Sequence record: MF327008
Length of the DNA: 64,000 nucleotides
From: Shigella phage Sf24
Direction: 5' to 3' (one strand)
Below are positions 41,688 to 53,499 of this stretch, in pieces (the stretch's first letter is position 1; each line of letters begins with the position of its first letter). The translations under genes and the position numbers were made by a program. Below the pieces are notes generated by a model. That model was not told where the DNA came from, made no database searches, and saw only the letters and a program-made list of their open reading frames with translations.

Positions 41688-44600
41688 ATGGCCGAGATTA
41701 AAAGAAAGTTCAGAGCAGAAGACGGTCTGGACGCAGGTGGTGATAAAATAATCAACGTAGCTTTAGCTGATCGTGCCGTAGGAACTGACGGTGTTAACGT
41801 TGATTACTTAATTCAAGAAAACACAGTTCAACAATATGATCCAACTCGTGGATATTTAAAAGATTTTGTAATCATTTATGATAACCGCTTTTGGGCTGCT
41901 ATAAATGATATTCCAAAACCAGCAGGAGCTTTTAATAGCGGACGCTGGAGAGCATTACGTACTGATGCTAACTGGATTACAGTCTCATCTGGTTCATATC
42001 AATTAAAATCTGGTGAAGCTATTTCGGTTAACACTGCAGCTGGTAATGATATTACATTTACTTTACCATCTACTCCAATTGACGGTGATACTATCGTTCT
42101 CCAAGATATTGGAGGAAAACCTGGAGTTAACCAAGTTTTAATTGTAGCTCCAGTACAAAGTATTGTAAACTTTAGAGGTGAACAGGTACGTTCAGTACTA
42201 ATGACTCATCCAAAGTCACAGCTAGTTTTAATTTTTAGTAATCGTCTGTGGCAAATGTATGTTGCTGATTATAGTAGAGAAGCTATAGTTGTAACACCAG
42301 CAAGTCTCTATCAGGCGCAATCTAATGATTTTATCGTACGTAGATTTACTTCTGCTGCACCAATTAATGTTAAACTTCCAAGATTTGCTAATCATGGCGA
42401 TATTATTAATTTCGTTGATTTAGATAAACTGAATCCACTTTATCATACAATTGTTACTACATACGATGAAACGACTTCAGTACAAGAAGTTGGAACTCAT
42501 TCCATTGAAGGCCGTACATCGATTGACGGTTTCTTGATGTTTGATGATAATGAGAAATTGTGGAGATTGTTTGACGGGGATAGTAAAGCACGTTTACGTA
42601 TCATAACGACTAATTCAAATATTCGTCCAAACGAAGAAGTTATGGTATTTGGTGCAAATAACGGAACAACTCAAACGATTGAGCTTCAGCTTCCAACTAA
42701 TATTTCTGTTGGTGATACTGTTAAAATTTCCATGAATTACATGAGAAAAGGACAAACAGTTAAAATCAAAGCTGCAGGTGAAGATAAAATTGCTTCTTCA
42801 GTTCAATTGCTGCAATTCCCAAAACGTTCAGAATATCCGCCTGAAGCTGAGTGGGTTACAGTTCAAGAATTAGTTTTTAACGGTGAAACTAATTATGTTC
42901 CAGTTTTACAGCTTGCTTATATAGAAGATTCTGATGGAAAATACTGGGTTGTACAGCAAAATGTTCCAACCGTAGAAAGAGTAGATTCTTTAAATGATTC
43001 TACTAGAGCAAGATTAGGCGTGATTGCTTTAGCTACACAAGCGCAAGCTAATGTCGATTTAGAAAATTCTCCGCAAAAAGAATTAGCAATTACTCCAGAA
43101 ACATTAGCTAACCGTACTGCTACAGAAACTCGTAGAGGTATCGCAAGAATAGCAACTACTGCTCAAGTGAATCAGAACACCACATTCTCTTTTGCTGATG
43201 ATATTATCATTACTCCTAAAAAGCTGAATGAAAGAACTGCTACAGAAACTCGTAGAGGTGTTGCTGAAATTGCTACGCAACAGGAAACTAATGCAGGTAC
43301 TGATGATACTACAATCATCACTCCTAAAAAGCTTCAAGCTCGACAAGGTTCTGAATCATTATCAGGTATTGTAACCTTTGTATCTACCGCGGGAGCTACT
43401 CCAGCTTCTAGTCGTGAATTAAATGGTACAAACGTTTATAATAAAAACACTAATAATTTAGTTGTTTCGCCTAAAGCTCTAGATCAGTATAAAGCTACTC
43501 CAACGCAGCAAGGTGCAGTAATTTTAGCAGTTGAAAGTGAAGTAATTGCTGGACAGAGCCAAGAAGGATGGGCAAATGCGGTTGTAACGCCAGAAACGTT
43601 ACATAAAAAGACATCAACTGATGGAAGAATTGGATTAATTGAAATTGCTACACAGTCTGAAGTTAATACAGGAACTGATTATACTCGTGCAGTCACTCCT
43701 AAAACTTTAAATGATCGTAAAGCAACTGAAAGTTTAAGTGGTATAGCAGAAATAGCAACACAAGTTGAATTCGACGCAGGCGTCGACGATACTCGTATCT
43801 CTACACCATTAAAAATTAAAACCAGATTTAATAGTACTGATCGTACTTCTGTTGTTGCTCTATCTGGATTAGTTGAATCAGGAACTCTCTGGGACCATTA
43901 TACCCTTAATATTCTTGAAGCAAATGAGACACAGCGTGGTACACTTCGTGTGGCTACACAAGTTGAAGCTGCTGCAGGAACATTAGATAATGTTTTAATA
44001 ACTCCTAAAAAGCTTTTAGGTACTAAATCTACCGAATCGCAGGAAGGTGTTATTAAAGTTGCAACACAAACTGAAACTGTTGCTGGTACATCATCTAATA
44101 CTGCTGTATCTCCAAAGAATTTAAAATGGATCGTGCAGAGCGAACCTACTTGGGCAGCTACAACGGCTATAAGAGGATTTGTTAAAACTTCTTCTGGTTC
44201 TATTACTTTCGTTGGTAATGATACTGTTGGTTCAACACAACCTTTAGAATCATATGAAAAAAATAGCTATGCTATATCTCCATATGAATTAAACAGAGTA
44301 TTAGCTAACTATTTACCATTAAAAGCCAAAGCAGTTGATAGTAATTTACTCGATGGTCTAGATTCACTCCAGTTCATTCGTAGGGACATCGCCCAGACAG
44401 TTAATGGATCACTAACCTTAACGCAACAAACGAATCTGAGTGCCCCTCTTGTATCATCTAGTACTGCTACGTTTGGTGGATCAGTTTCTGCTAATAGTAC
44501 ATTGACTATTTCTAACACAGGAACAGCTACTCGACTGATTTTTGAAAAAGGACCTCAGACTGGAACAAATCCGGCTCAAACGATGACTATCAGAGTTTGG

Positions 44601-45557
44601 GGAAATGAGTTTGGAGGTGGTTCTGATACATCACGTTCAACTGTATTTGAAGTTGGTGATGAAACGTCTAATCACTTCTATTCGCAACGTAATAAAGCTG
44701 GTAATATTGTTTTCAGTATTAATGGTACTGTAATGCCAATAAATGTGAATGCTTCGGGTTCATTGAATGCTAATGGTGTTGCAACATTTGGTAGTTCTGT
44801 TACTGCTAATGGTGAATTCATCAGTAAATCAGCAAATGCTTTTAGAGCAATAAATGGTGATTACGGATTCTTCATTCGTAATGATGGTGGAAACACCTAT
44901 TTCATGTTAACTGCTTCTGGTGATCAAACTGGTGGATTTAATGGATTAAGACCTTTAGCAATAAACAATACATCAGGTCAAGTTACAATCGGTGAAGGAT
45001 TAATTGCAGCAAAAGGTGTTACGATAAATTCTGGTGGTTTGACTGTTAACTCGAGAATTCGTTCTCAAGGTTCTAAAACTGCTGATTTATATACTCGTGC
45101 TCCTACTGCTGATACAGTCGGATTCTGGTCAATTGACATTAATGATTCAGCTACATACAACCAATTCCCTGGTTATTTTAAAATGGTTGAAAAAACTAAT
45201 GAAGTGACTGGGCTTCCATACTTAGAACGTGGTGAAGAAGTTAAATCTCCTGGTACTTTGACTCAGTTTGGTAATACTCTTGATTCACTTTACCAAGATT
45301 GGATTACTTATCCAATAACTCCTGAAGCACGTACAACCCGTTGGACACGTACTTGGCAGAAGAATAAAAATTCATGGTCAAGTTTTGTCCAAGTATTTGA
45401 TGGTGGAAACCCTCCTCAACCTTCTGATATTGGTGCTTTACCTTCTGATAATGCAATAATCGGAAACTTGACAATAAGGGATTTCTTAAGGATTGGTAAC
45501 GTCCGCATTATTCCAGATCCTGTGACTAAATCAGTTAAATTCGAGTGGATTGAATAA
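41688..45557 (+). CDS. 34: long tail fibre proximal subunit gp34
   Basis: 1289 aa, T4 gp34 length; late promoter TATAAATA at 41646-41653; repeated ATETRRG / ATQ.E motifs. Confidence 0.93.
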   Translation: MAEIKRKFRAEDGLDAGGDKIINVALADRAVGTDGVNVDYLIQENTVQQYDPTRGYLKDFVIIYDNRFWAAINDIPKPAGAFNSGRWRALRTDANWITVSSGSYQLKSGEAISVNTAAGNDITFTLPSTPIDGDTIVLQDIGGKPGVNQVLIVAPVQSIVNFRGEQVRSVLMTHPKSQLVLIFSNRLWQMYVADYSREAIVVTPASLYQAQSNDFIVRRFTSAAPINVKLPRFANHGDIINFVDLDKLNPLYHTIVTTYDETTSVQEVGTHSIEGRTSIDGFLMFDDNEKLWRLFDGDSKARLRIITTNSNIRPNEEVMVFGANNGTTQTIELQLPTNISVGDTVKISMNYMRKGQTVKIKAAGEDKIASSVQLLQFPKRSEYPPEAEWVTVQELVFNGETNYVPVLQLAYIEDSDGKYWVVQQNVPTVERVDSLNDSTRARLGVIALATQAQANVDLENSPQKELAITPETLANRTATETRRGIARIATTAQVNQNTTFSFADDIIITPKKLNERTATETRRGVAEIATQQETNAGTDDTTIITPKKLQARQGSESLSGIVTFVSTAGATPASSRELNGTNVYNKNTNNLVVSPKALDQYKATPTQQGAVILAVESEVIAGQSQEGWANAVVTPETLHKKTSTDGRIGLIEIATQSEVNTGTDYTRAVTPKTLNDRKATESLSGIAEIATQVEFDAGVDDTRISTPLKIKTRFNSTDRTSVVALSGLVESGTLWDHYTLNILEANETQRGTLRVATQVEAAAGTLDNVLITPKKLLGTKSTESQEGVIKVATQTETVAGTSSNTAVSPKNLKWIVQSEPTWAATTAIRGFVKTSSGSITFVGNDTVGSTQPLESYEKNSYAISPYELNRVLANYLPLKAKAVDSNLLDGLDSLQFIRRDIAQTVNGSLTLTQQTNLSAPLVSSSTATFGGSVSANSTLTISNTGTATRLIFEKGPQTGTNPAQTMTIRVWGNEFGGGSDTSRSTVFEVGDETSNHFYSQRNKAGNIVFSINGTVMPINVNASGSLNANGVATFGSSVTANGEFISKSANAFRAINGDYGFFIRNDGGNTYFMLTASGDQTGGFNGLRPLAINNTSGQVTIGEGLIAAKGVTINSGGLTVNSRIRSQGSKTADLYTRAPTADTVGFWSIDINDSATYNQFPGYFKMVEKTNEVTGLPYLERGEEVKSPGTLTQFGNTLDSLYQDWITYPITPEARTTRWTRTWQKNKNSWSSFVQVFDGGNPPQPSDIGALPSDNAIIGNLTIRDFLRIGNVRIIPDPVTKSVKFEWIE

Positions 45558-45565
45558 GAGGTATT

Positions 45566-46681
45566 ATGGAAAAATTTATGGCAGAGTTTGGACAAGGATA
45601 TGTCCAAACGCCATTTTTATCGGAAAGCAATTCAGTAAGATATAAAATAAGTATAGCGGGTTCTTGCCCGCTTTCTACTGCAGGGCCTTATGTTAAATTT
45701 CAAGATAATCCTATTGGAAGTCAAACATTTAATGCAGGTCTTCATTTGAGAGTTTTTGATCCTACATCAGGAGCGTTAGTCGATAGTAAATCATACGCAT
45801 TTTCATCATCTAACGATACGACATCATCTGCTTTTATTGATTTTATGAATTCTATTTCATCTAATAGAATAGTTGCTATATTAACAAGTGGAAAAGTTAA
45901 TTTCCCTCCTGAAGTAGTTTCTTGGTTAAGAACAGCAGGAACATCTGCTTTTCCATCTGATGCTATATTATCTAGATTTGATGTTTCATACGCAGCTTTT
46001 TACACTTCAGTAAAACGGGCAATCGCGTTAGAACACGTTAAATTAAGTAATAGAAAAAGCACAGATGATTATCAAACTATACTAGATGTAGTATTTGATA
46101 GCATAGAAGATGTTGGAGCAACAGGTTTTCCAAAAAGAACTTATGAAAGCGTTGAACAATTTATGTCAGCAGTTGGTGGAACAAATAATGAAATAGCGCG
46201 TTTACCTACTTCAGCTGCAATAAGTAAACTTTCTGACTACAATTTAATTCCTGGCGATGTTCTTTATCTTAAAGCACAGTTATACGCTGACGCAGATTTA
46301 TTAGCGTTAGGAACTACTAATATTTCAATTCGTTTTTATAACTCATCAAACGGATATATTTCTTCAACCCAAGCTGAATTTACAGGACAGGCTGGATCTT
46401 GGGAATTAAAAGAGGATTATGTGGTTGTTCCAGAAAATGCAGTTGGATTTACGATATATGCACAGAGAACTGCTCAAGCAGGACAAGGCGGCATGCGAAA
46501 TTTAAGCTTTTCTGAAGTATCAAGAAATGGTGGAATTTCAAAACCCGCCGAGTTTGGTGTTAATGGTATTAGAGTTAATTATGTCTGTGAATCTGCTTCA
46601 CCTCCTGATATAATGGTACTTCCAACACAATCGTCTACAAATACTGGAAAAGTTTTTGGACAAGAATTTAGAGAAGTTTAA
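45566..46681 (+). CDS. 35: long tail fibre hinge protein gp35
   Basis: 371 aa; gene order; terminator downstream. Confidence 0.9.
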   Translation: MEKFMAEFGQGYVQTPFLSESNSVRYKISIAGSCPLSTAGPYVKFQDNPIGSQTFNAGLHLRVFDPTSGALVDSKSYAFSSSNDTTSSAFIDFMNSISSNRIVAILTSGKVNFPPEVVSWLRTAGTSAFPSDAILSRFDVSYAAFYTSVKRAIALEHVKLSNRKSTDDYQTILDVVFDSIEDVGATGFPKRTYESVEQFMSAVGGTNNEIARLPTSAAISKLSDYNLIPGDVLYLKAQLYADADLLALGTTNISIRFYNSSNGYISSTQAEFTGQAGSWELKEDYVVVPENAVGFTIYAQRTAQAGQGGMRNLSFSEVSRNGGISKPAEFGVNGIRVNYVCESASPPDIMVLPTQSSTNTGKVFGQEFREV

Positions 46682-46686
46682 ATTGA

Positions 46687-46711
46687 GGGAGCCTCCGGGC
46701 TCCCTTTTTCT
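46687..46711 (+). terminator. rho-independent terminator after gene 35
   Basis: GGGAGCC-UCC-GGGCUCCC hairpin followed by UUUUUCUUU. Confidence 0.75.
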
Positions 46712-46712
46712 T

Positions 46713-46720
46713 TATAAATA
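46713..46720 (+). promoter_or_regulatory. late promoter TATAAATA for gene 36
   Basis: Exact TATAAATA 24 bp upstream of the gene 36 ATG, just after the gene 35 terminator. Confidence 0.75.
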
Positions 46721-46743
46721 TTACTAAAATAAAGGGGCATACA

Positions 46744-47409
46744 ATGGCTGATTTAAAAGTAGGTTCAACAACTGGAGGCTCTGTCATTTGGCATCAAGGA
46801 AATTTTCCATTGAATCCAGCCGGTGACGATGTACTCTATAAATCATTTAAAATATATACAGAATATAATAAACCACAAGCAGCTGATAACGATTTCGTTT
46901 CTAAAGCTAATGGTGGTACTTACGCTTCAAAGGTAACATTTAACGGTGGCGTGCAAATACCATATGCTATAAACAATACAAACCAAAGCGGTATTTTTCC
47001 TGGTAATGGTGATGCTGCTACTTTTGCTACAGCAAATATTGATATTGTTTCATGGTATGGAATTGGTTTTAAATCATCACAAGGATCTGCAGGTAGAACT
47101 GTAGTAATTAATGCACGTAATGGTGATATTAGCACAAAAGGCGTTGTATCTGCTTCAGGACAAGTAAGAAGCGATATGACTGCTCCAGTTGCAGCAAATG
47201 ATCTCACAAGAAAAGATTATGTTGATGGAGCAATAAATATTGTTACGGATAACGCAAATTCACGTGTATTGCGTAGAGGCGATACTATGACTGGAAATTT
47301 AACAGCTCCAAACTTTTTCTCACAGAATCCAGCGTCTCAACCTTCACATGTTCCACGATTTGATCAAATTGTTATTAAGGATTCTGTTCAAGATTTCGGC
47401 TATTATTAA
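46744..47409 (+). CDS. 36: long tail fibre distal connector gp36
   Basis: 221 aa, T4 gp36 length; late promoter at 46713-46720. Confidence 0.9.
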   Translation: MADLKVGSTTGGSVIWHQGNFPLNPAGDDVLYKSFKIYTEYNKPQAADNDFVSKANGGTYASKVTFNGGVQIPYAINNTNQSGIFPGNGDAATFATANIDIVSWYGIGFKSSQGSAGRTVVINARNGDISTKGVVSASGQVRSDMTAPVAANDLTRKDYVDGAINIVTDNANSRVLRRGDTMTGNLTAPNFFSQNPASQPSHVPRFDQIVIKDSVQDFGYY

Positions 47410-47417
47410 GAGGACTT

Positions 47418-50400
47418 ATGGCTACTTTAAAACAAATACAATTTAAAAGAAGCAAAACTGCAGGTCAACGCCCTGCTGCTTCAGTATTAGCCGAAGGTGA
47501 ATTGGCTATAAACTTAAAAGACCGTACTCTTTTTACTAAAGATGACTCGGGAAATATTATTGATTTAAGCATTTCTGCCGGTGGTAACATTAGTGGAAAT
47601 ATTACTCAAAATGGTGATTATTTACAAAACGGCACGTATAATCTTAATGGAAATCAGTTTGTTTATGCAGGAAAGTATATTGAATTCTTGCCAAAAACTG
47701 CTGGAAATGGTGCTTGGGCAAATCAGCACACAAATAAAGCTCCAATTTTCACCGATTTGAGTTCAACTACTTCAACTTCTGAATATCATCCGCTAATTAA
47801 ACAACGTTATAAAGATGGAACGTTTTCATTAGGGACTTTAGTTTCTGAAGGCTCAATGAAGATACACTATATCGATGAAACTGGCACTTCAAAATATTGG
47901 ACTTTCCGACGTGATGGTGGTTTTGTTGTTGATAGTGGTAGTTTAACTGTTACTGCTGGAAACATATCTGCTTCAGGCAATATTAATTCGGCATCAGGGG
48001 TTGTTTCAGCTCCTCAAATTAATACAAAAACCATTGTTTTAGATACAAAAGCATTTGGACAATATGATTCGCAGTCATTAGTTCAGTATGTTTATCCTGG
48101 CACAGGTGAAACAAACGGTATAAACTATCTTCGTAAAGTTCGCGCAAAATCAGGTGGTACAATTTATCATGAAATAGCTTCAGCTCAAACTGGAAAAAGC
48201 GATGAAATTTCGTGGTGGACTGGAAATACAGCCGTTAATAAACAAATGGGTCTTCGTAATGATGGTGCAATGGTATTACGTCGTTCACTTGCTATTGGCA
48301 CAATTACTACAGATGAAAACGTAAATAACTATGGATCTGCTGGAGCAATGGGAGAAAAATACATTGTTCTTGGAGATGCGTCAACTGGACTAGCTTATAA
48401 AAAGACAGGAGTTTATGACTTAGTTGGTAGTGGTTTATCTGTTGCTTCTATCACTCCCGACAGTTTCCGTAGTACGCGTAAAGCAATTTTTGGACGTTCT
48501 GAAGACCAAGGCGGTACATGGCTTCTTCCTGGTCAAAACGCTGCTCTTCTTTCAGTTCGTACAGATATTGATCAAAATAATAACGGTGATGGTCAAACTC
48601 ATATTGGATATAATAGTAACAGCAAGTTTTATCATTATTTTAGAGGCAGAGGCCGAATGGCTGTTGGAATGGCTGAAGGTCTTATTGTTGAGCCTGGAAT
48701 TTTAGATATTAAAACTGGTTCAAATACTGTTTCTATTAGAGCTGATGGCGGAATTTCATCTACTCAGCGTCTTTCATTGCAGAATGGTATATTTTTATCT
48801 TCTGATGGAAATAACAACGGTATATCGTTTAAAGCTTCTAGCAGTATAGATGGAACTAAAACTCTTAATTGGGATGCTGGTACTCGTGCAGGTCAAAACA
48901 AAAATACAGTAATTTTAAAAGCATGGGGAAATTCATTTAATACAAGTGGTGGAACTGATAGACATACTGTATTTGAAGTTTCTGATTCACAAGGATACTA
49001 CTTTTATGCTCAACGTACTACCCCTGCATCCGGTCAAACAGTAGGTCCTATTAATTTTAAATTTAATGGTACTGTAGAAACCGGTCATATCAATGGATTA
49101 GGTAATATTACTTTATCTGGGGCAGTTATAGCAGATTCTGCTAATATTAAAGGACCGCTAAAAATATCTAATGCTAATACAGCTGATGCTTTTAGAATAT
49201 GGAACGCTGAATATGGAGCCATTTTCCGTCGTTCAGAAACATCATTGCATATTATTCCTACACTTAAAGATGCAGGGGAAAATGGTGGAATAAGTAATCT
49301 TCGCCCATTAAGTATTGATCTTTCAAACGGATTTGTGCAAATGCATCATTCTCTTTCTGTGGGGAATACAGTAAGAACGAATGGATTGTTTGCTGTGGAT
49401 ACTTCAGCTGCTCTTGTTGCAATTAACAGTCACTCTCGTGTTAATGCTAATTTCAGAATGCAATTAGGACAATCATCTTATATTGATGCTGAATGTACTG
49501 ACGCTGTGCGCCCTGCTGGAGCCGGTTCTTTTGCTTCGCAAAATAACGAAAACGTCCGTGCCCCATTCTATATGAATATAGATAGAACTGATACAAGCAC
49601 TTATGTTCCTATTGTGAAACAAAGATACGTGCAAAATAATAGTTGCTATTCTATTGGTACTTTAATTAATGGTGGTAACTTTAGAGTTCATTATCATGAA
49701 GGTGGCGATGGTAGTTCTACAGGCGTAGTTATAAAAGATTTAGGATGGGAATTTAATAAAAACGGTGATTTTTATTCTCCTGGTAAATTAGGCGCTGGAA
49801 ATATTAGAATAGGTACTGATGGTAATATCACGGGTGGTTCTGGTAACTTTGCTAACTTGAATACAACTTTAAACCGTAAAGTTAATTCTGGTTTTATTAC
49901 TTATGGAGCAACTGCAGGTTGGTACAAGTTTGCAACAGTAACAATGCCTCAAGCTACATCAACCGTTTCAATTACAGTCACTGGCGGAAATGGATTTAAT
50001 TCTGGATCATTTAATCAGTGCGCAATTTCTGAAATTGTTCTTCGTACAGGAAACAATAATCCTAAAGGATTAAATGCTGTTCTATATAGAAGAGGACTAA
50101 ATTCATTTAGAGATATTGCTTGGGTTAATACATCTGGTGATACATATGACATTTATGTTAATATGGGAACATATGCTAATCAGTTGATATTTAACTATAG
50201 TTCTGTTGATAATGCCACAGTTCAAATTATTGGCGCATTCAGTTCAGCTCAAAATCCTGTTGATGCATTGCCAGAAACATATGTTAAAGGTCAGGTAGCA
50301 GATGTATTGACTAACTTAGTTGATTCTGGAAAAACGAAGCGTTTTGTTGCTGAATCTGAAATAGCTATTAATAATCAAACTGGATTACGTATTACGAGTA

Positions 50401-51281
50401 ATGGTGATAAATCTGGTTCAAATTCAGTATTATTCAGAAATGATGGATCAGCGTTTTATATTCTTTTAACAGATAAAAACGCAGCAGATGGAAATACGAC
50501 TGCCACAGAAGGAGATTGGAATGGTAAACGTCCTTTCCAAATTAATATGACTTCTGGTGAAGTAACATTCGGAAATAATATTAATATTTATGGAAACGGA
50601 AGCATTACTTGGACAAAAGCCGGAGCAAACCCTAGAAATATGAGAATATTTCATGCAGGTGATGCTTCTCGTGGTAACCGTATTGAAATCGCAGATGATA
50701 CTAATTATATTGCTTACTTTGAAAAAACTCCAGGTGGAGCTAACCGCTTTGTAGTTAATGGTGCTACTGTAGCTGGTGTTAATCAAATGAATTCATTTGG
50801 TATTAACATCAATAACGCGCTTGGTGGAAATAGTATAGCATTTGGTGATAATGACACGGGTATTAAGCAAAACGGCGATGGATTATTAGACATTTATGCG
50901 AATGGTGTGCAAACGTTCCGTTTCCAAAACGGTGATTTGTACTCATATAAAAATATAAATGCCCCAAACGTTTATATTCGTTCTGATATTCGCTTAAAAT
51001 CTAATTTCAAACCTATCGAAAATGCGCTTGATAAAGTTGAAAAACTTACTGGTGTCATTTATGATAAAGCTGAATACATCGGTGGAGAGGCAATTGAAAC
51101 TGAAGCGGGTATTGTGGCTCAAACGTTACAAGACGTTTTACCAGAAGCTGTCCGTGAAACAGAAGACAGCAAGGGTAATAAAATACTCACTGTTTCTTCT
51201 CAAGCCCAGATTGCTCTTCTGGTTGAAGCTGTGAAAACGCTTTCTTCTCGTGTAAAAGAACTTGAATCTAAACTTATGTAA
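47418..51281 (+). CDS. 37: long tail fibre distal subunit gp37 with C-terminal intramolecular-chaperone-like domain
   Basis: 1287 aa; C-terminal ~99 aa from SDIRLKS (nt 50982) resembles the autoproteolytic chaperone domains of tail fibres and spikes. Confidence 0.88.
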   Translation: MATLKQIQFKRSKTAGQRPAASVLAEGELAINLKDRTLFTKDDSGNIIDLSISAGGNISGNITQNGDYLQNGTYNLNGNQFVYAGKYIEFLPKTAGNGAWANQHTNKAPIFTDLSSTTSTSEYHPLIKQRYKDGTFSLGTLVSEGSMKIHYIDETGTSKYWTFRRDGGFVVDSGSLTVTAGNISASGNINSASGVVSAPQINTKTIVLDTKAFGQYDSQSLVQYVYPGTGETNGINYLRKVRAKSGGTIYHEIASAQTGKSDEISWWTGNTAVNKQMGLRNDGAMVLRRSLAIGTITTDENVNNYGSAGAMGEKYIVLGDASTGLAYKKTGVYDLVGSGLSVASITPDSFRSTRKAIFGRSEDQGGTWLLPGQNAALLSVRTDIDQNNNGDGQTHIGYNSNSKFYHYFRGRGRMAVGMAEGLIVEPGILDIKTGSNTVSIRADGGISSTQRLSLQNGIFLSSDGNNNGISFKASSSIDGTKTLNWDAGTRAGQNKNTVILKAWGNSFNTSGGTDRHTVFEVSDSQGYYFYAQRTTPASGQTVGPINFKFNGTVETGHINGLGNITLSGAVIADSANIKGPLKISNANTADAFRIWNAEYGAIFRRSETSLHIIPTLKDAGENGGISNLRPLSIDLSNGFVQMHHSLSVGNTVRTNGLFAVDTSAALVAINSHSRVNANFRMQLGQSSYIDAECTDAVRPAGAGSFASQNNENVRAPFYMNIDRTDTSTYVPIVKQRYVQNNSCYSIGTLINGGNFRVHYHEGGDGSSTGVVIKDLGWEFNKNGDFYSPGKLGAGNIRIGTDGNITGGSGNFANLNTTLNRKVNSGFITYGATAGWYKFATVTMPQATSTVSITVTGGNGFNSGSFNQCAISEIVLRTGNNNPKGLNAVLYRRGLNSFRDIAWVNTSGDTYDIYVNMGTYANQLIFNYSSVDNATVQIIGAFSSAQNPVDALPETYVKGQVADVLTNLVDSGKTKRFVAESEIAINNQTGLRITSNGDKSGSNSVLFRNDGSAFYILLTDKNAADGNTTATEGDWNGKRPFQINMTSGEVTFGNNINIYGNGSITWTKAGANPRNMRIFHAGDASRGNRIEIADDTNYIAYFEKTPGGANRFVVNGATVAGVNQMNSFGININNALGGNSIAFGDNDTGIKQNGDGLLDIYANGVQTFRFQNGDLYSYKNINAPNVYIRSDIRLKSNFKPIENALDKVEKLTGVIYDKAEYIGGEAIETEAGIVAQTLQDVLPEAVRETEDSKGNKILTVSSQAQIALLVEAVKTLSSRVKELESKLM

Positions 51282-51282
51282 A

Positions 51283-51310
51283 AGAGGGCTTCGGCCCTCT
51301 AAGGATTTTT
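51283..51310 (+). terminator. hairpin terminator after gene 37
   Basis: AGAGGGC-UUCG-GCCCUCU hairpin; T-tract begins 5 nt later. Confidence 0.5.
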
Positions 51311-51311
51311 A

Positions 51312-52097
51312 ATGGCAATTGTAGGTGTTCCTGGCTGGATTGGTGAATCTGCCGTGAATGAAACAGGACAGCGTTGGATGGATGCTGCAATGAGAGCAGT
51401 CCGTGTTTCAGTTCCCGGTTGGATGAGCTCAATGGCCGGACAATCTAAAGAAGTATATTATAGCATTGGTGCTAGTAATTCTTATAATAAAGATACATTA
51501 ATAAACTGGATAAAAGCACAAGGGTCCACGCCTGTTGTTATTACTATTACAGGAAATATCGTTTCTTCATCAGCGGGTCAACCATGTTTAGATTTTCCTA
51601 GTTCATTAACTAACTCATATGTAACGCTTAATATTAATTCGGGTGTACATGTCTGGGGTCGTGGTGGTAATGGCGGAAATAATTCTGCAGGTGGCGCAGG
51701 TGGTACTGCTATAAACAATGCAATAGGAACCAGATTACGTATTAACAACAATGGGGTTATTGCAGGTGGAGGCGGCGGCGGCGGTGGCGGATACTATTCT
51801 CCTTTTTCACAAATGAAATTAACCTTTGGGGGTGGTGGCGGTCGTCCATTTGGTGCTGCTGGCGGGTCTGCTAATATGGAACAGGGCGCTACTGCTGGTA
51901 CTATTTCTGCACCTGGTAAAGGGTCTGTCAATGGTATCTATAATGGCGGGAATGGCGGTGATGCTGGTGCCGCAGGTGGTAAATGTAATATTCGTGGGCA
52001 AGGATCAGAATATAACGGCGGTGCGGCCGGTAAAGCTGTTACTGGTAATGCTCCAACTTGGACTAAGGTTGGTACAATATATGGTTCAAGAGTATAA
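51312..52097 (+). CDS. 38: T2-type gp38 receptor-binding adhesin (glycine-rich motifs)
   Basis: 261 aa; several Gly-rich blocks (GRGGNGGNNSAGGAGG, GGGGGGGGGY, GGGGGRPFGAAGG) separated by variable segments. Confidence 0.85.
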   Translation: MAIVGVPGWIGESAVNETGQRWMDAAMRAVRVSVPGWMSSMAGQSKEVYYSIGASNSYNKDTLINWIKAQGSTPVVITITGNIVSSSAGQPCLDFPSSLTNSYVTLNINSGVHVWGRGGNGGNNSAGGAGGTAINNAIGTRLRINNNGVIAGGGGGGGGGYYSPFSQMKLTFGGGGGRPFGAAGGSANMEQGATAGTISAPGKGSVNGIYNGGNGGDAGAAGGKCNIRGQGSEYNGGAAGKAVTGNAPTWTKVGTIYGSRV

Positions 52098-52129
52098 TTT
52101 TTGAATAAATATCCTTAAAAGGAGGGTTT

Positions 52130-52786
52130 ATGGCAGCACCTAGAATATCATTTTCGCCCTCTGATATTCTATTTGGTGTTCTAGATCGCTTGTTCAAAGA
52201 TAACGCTACCGGGAAAGTTCTTGCTTCCCGGGTAGCTGTCGTAATTCTTTTATTTATGATGGCGATTGTTTGGTATAGGGGAGATAGTTTCTTTGAGTAC
52301 TATAAGCAATCAAAGTATGAAACATACAGTGAAATTATTGAAAAGGAAAGAAATGCACGCTTTGAATCTGTCGCCCTGGAACAACTCCAGATAGTTCATA
52401 TATCATCTGAGGCAGACTTTAGTGCGGTGTATTCTTTCCGCCCTAAAAACTTAAACTATTTTGTTGATATTATAGCATACGAAGGAAGATTACCTTCAAC
52501 AATAACTGAAAAATCACTTGGAGGATATCCTGTTGATAAAACTATGGATGAATATATAGTTCATTTAAATGGACGTCATTATTATTCTGACTCAAAATTT
52601 GCTTTTTTACCAACTAAAAAGCCTACTCCCGAAATAAACTACATGTACAGTTGTCCATATTTTAATTTGGATAATATCTATGCTGGAACGATAACCATGT
52701 ACTGGTATAGAAATGATCATATAAGTAATGACCGCCTTGAATCAATATGCGCTCAGGCGGCCAGAATATTAGGAAGGGCTAAATAA
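52130..52786 (+). CDS. t: holin T
   Basis: 218 aa; single N-terminal transmembrane segment and large C-terminal domain; matches remembered T4 holin. Confidence 0.92.
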   Translation: MAAPRISFSPSDILFGVLDRLFKDNATGKVLASRVAVVILLFMMAIVWYRGDSFFEYYKQSKYETYSEIIEKERNARFESVALEQLQIVHISSEADFSAVYSFRPKNLNYFVDIIAYEGRLPSTITEKSLGGYPVDKTMDEYIVHLNGRHYYSDSKFAFLPTKKPTPEINYMYSCPYFNLDNIYAGTITMYWYRNDHISNDRLESICAQAARILGRAK

Positions 52787-53059
52787 TTATTTGTTCGTAT
52801 ACATCTCTAGATATCGATATACACCCTCAAAACCCTCGTTGAATTCGTCGATGAGGGTTTTCTTATCTTCTTGAGTTAATTCAGAAACAATTTTACGGAA
52901 TGAATTCTGATTCAACTTTCTACCTTCATGCGTTACTCCAATCTCATTCAGAAATGCAATAAAATTAGCACGATTCTCAACAATATCTTCTCGGGAAAAT
53001 TTAATCAAAATAGACGCAACAGTAATAATTTCACGAACTGTATCAATATTTTTATTCAT
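52787..53059 (-). CDS. asiA: AsiA anti-sigma-70 protein
   Basis: 90 aa; sequence MNKNIDTVREIITVASILIKFSREDIVENRANFIAFLNEIG... Confidence 0.92.
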   Translation of the reverse strand: MNKNIDTVREIITVASILIKFSREDIVENRANFIAFLNEIGVTHEGRKLNQNSFRKIVSELTQEDKKTLIDEFNEGFEGVYRYLEMYTNK

Positions 53060-53071
53060 TAACTATACCAC

Positions 53072-53224
53072 TCAATTAGTTGACTTTGTTATAATATCAT
53101 CAGACGCTTGATTTGTAAACTGGTCTGTGTTATTTTCTTCAAAAATTTTTTCTACGAATTCCTTGAACGACTCGCGTTCCTGAGCTACATTATGCTCGAT
53201 TACCTTTTCAAGATTATGACTCAT
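53072..53224 (-). CDS. small acidic protein, 50 aa
   Basis: Own translation MSHNLEKVIEHNVAQERESFKEFVEKIFEEN...; start overlaps the arn stop; contains the asiA promoter. Confidence 0.4.
   Translation of the reverse strand: MSHNLEKVIEHNVAQERESFKEFVEKIFEENNTDQFTNQASDDIITKSTN
53091..53120 (-). promoter_or_regulatory. early promoter for asiA
   Basis: Minus strand GTTTAC-N14-ATG-A-TATTAT. Confidence 0.55.
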
Positions 53225-53499
53225 TCGAAATAATCTTCAATTTCGTAATCATGGACGTAAATCATTATAGTTTTTAATACATCATCAATACTTTTTCCTG
53301 GAGCTGGAATTACGTAAAAATATCCTGCTTTTGAGAGGTCTTTATAAGTTCCAATCAAGAAATCATTATTCTCAAGATGTAGTTCTTCAACTAATTCATT
53401 AACAATTGAGTGGTATAAATTTGGTAGAAACTTATATAGCTTTTCTAGAATATCAATTTTGATTGTGTATTGAACCACGGATTGAGAATCAATAATCAT
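53221..53499 (-). CDS. arn: Arn anti-restriction protein (McrBC inhibitor)
   Basis: 92 aa, T4 Arn length; position next to asiA. Confidence 0.8.
   Translation of the reverse strand: MIIDSQSVVQYTIKIDILEKLYKFLPNLYHSIVNELVEELHLENNDFLIGTYKDLSKAGYFYVIPAPGKSIDDVLKTIMIYVHDYEIEDYFE

Noticed and set aside
41558-41755. 65-aa minus-strand ORF overlapping the gene 34 start
   Set aside because: It overlaps the rnh start, the divergent promoter region and the 5' end of gene 34, and its product is hydrophobic low-complexity; likely spurious.
51767-51795. GGY-codon run (ggtggaggcggcggcggcggtggcgg) as a possible slippage-prone simple repeat
   Set aside because: It encodes the poly-glycine motif of gp38 in frame and is interrupted by synonymous changes; it is a coding Gly-rich motif, not a homopolymeric phase-variation tract.
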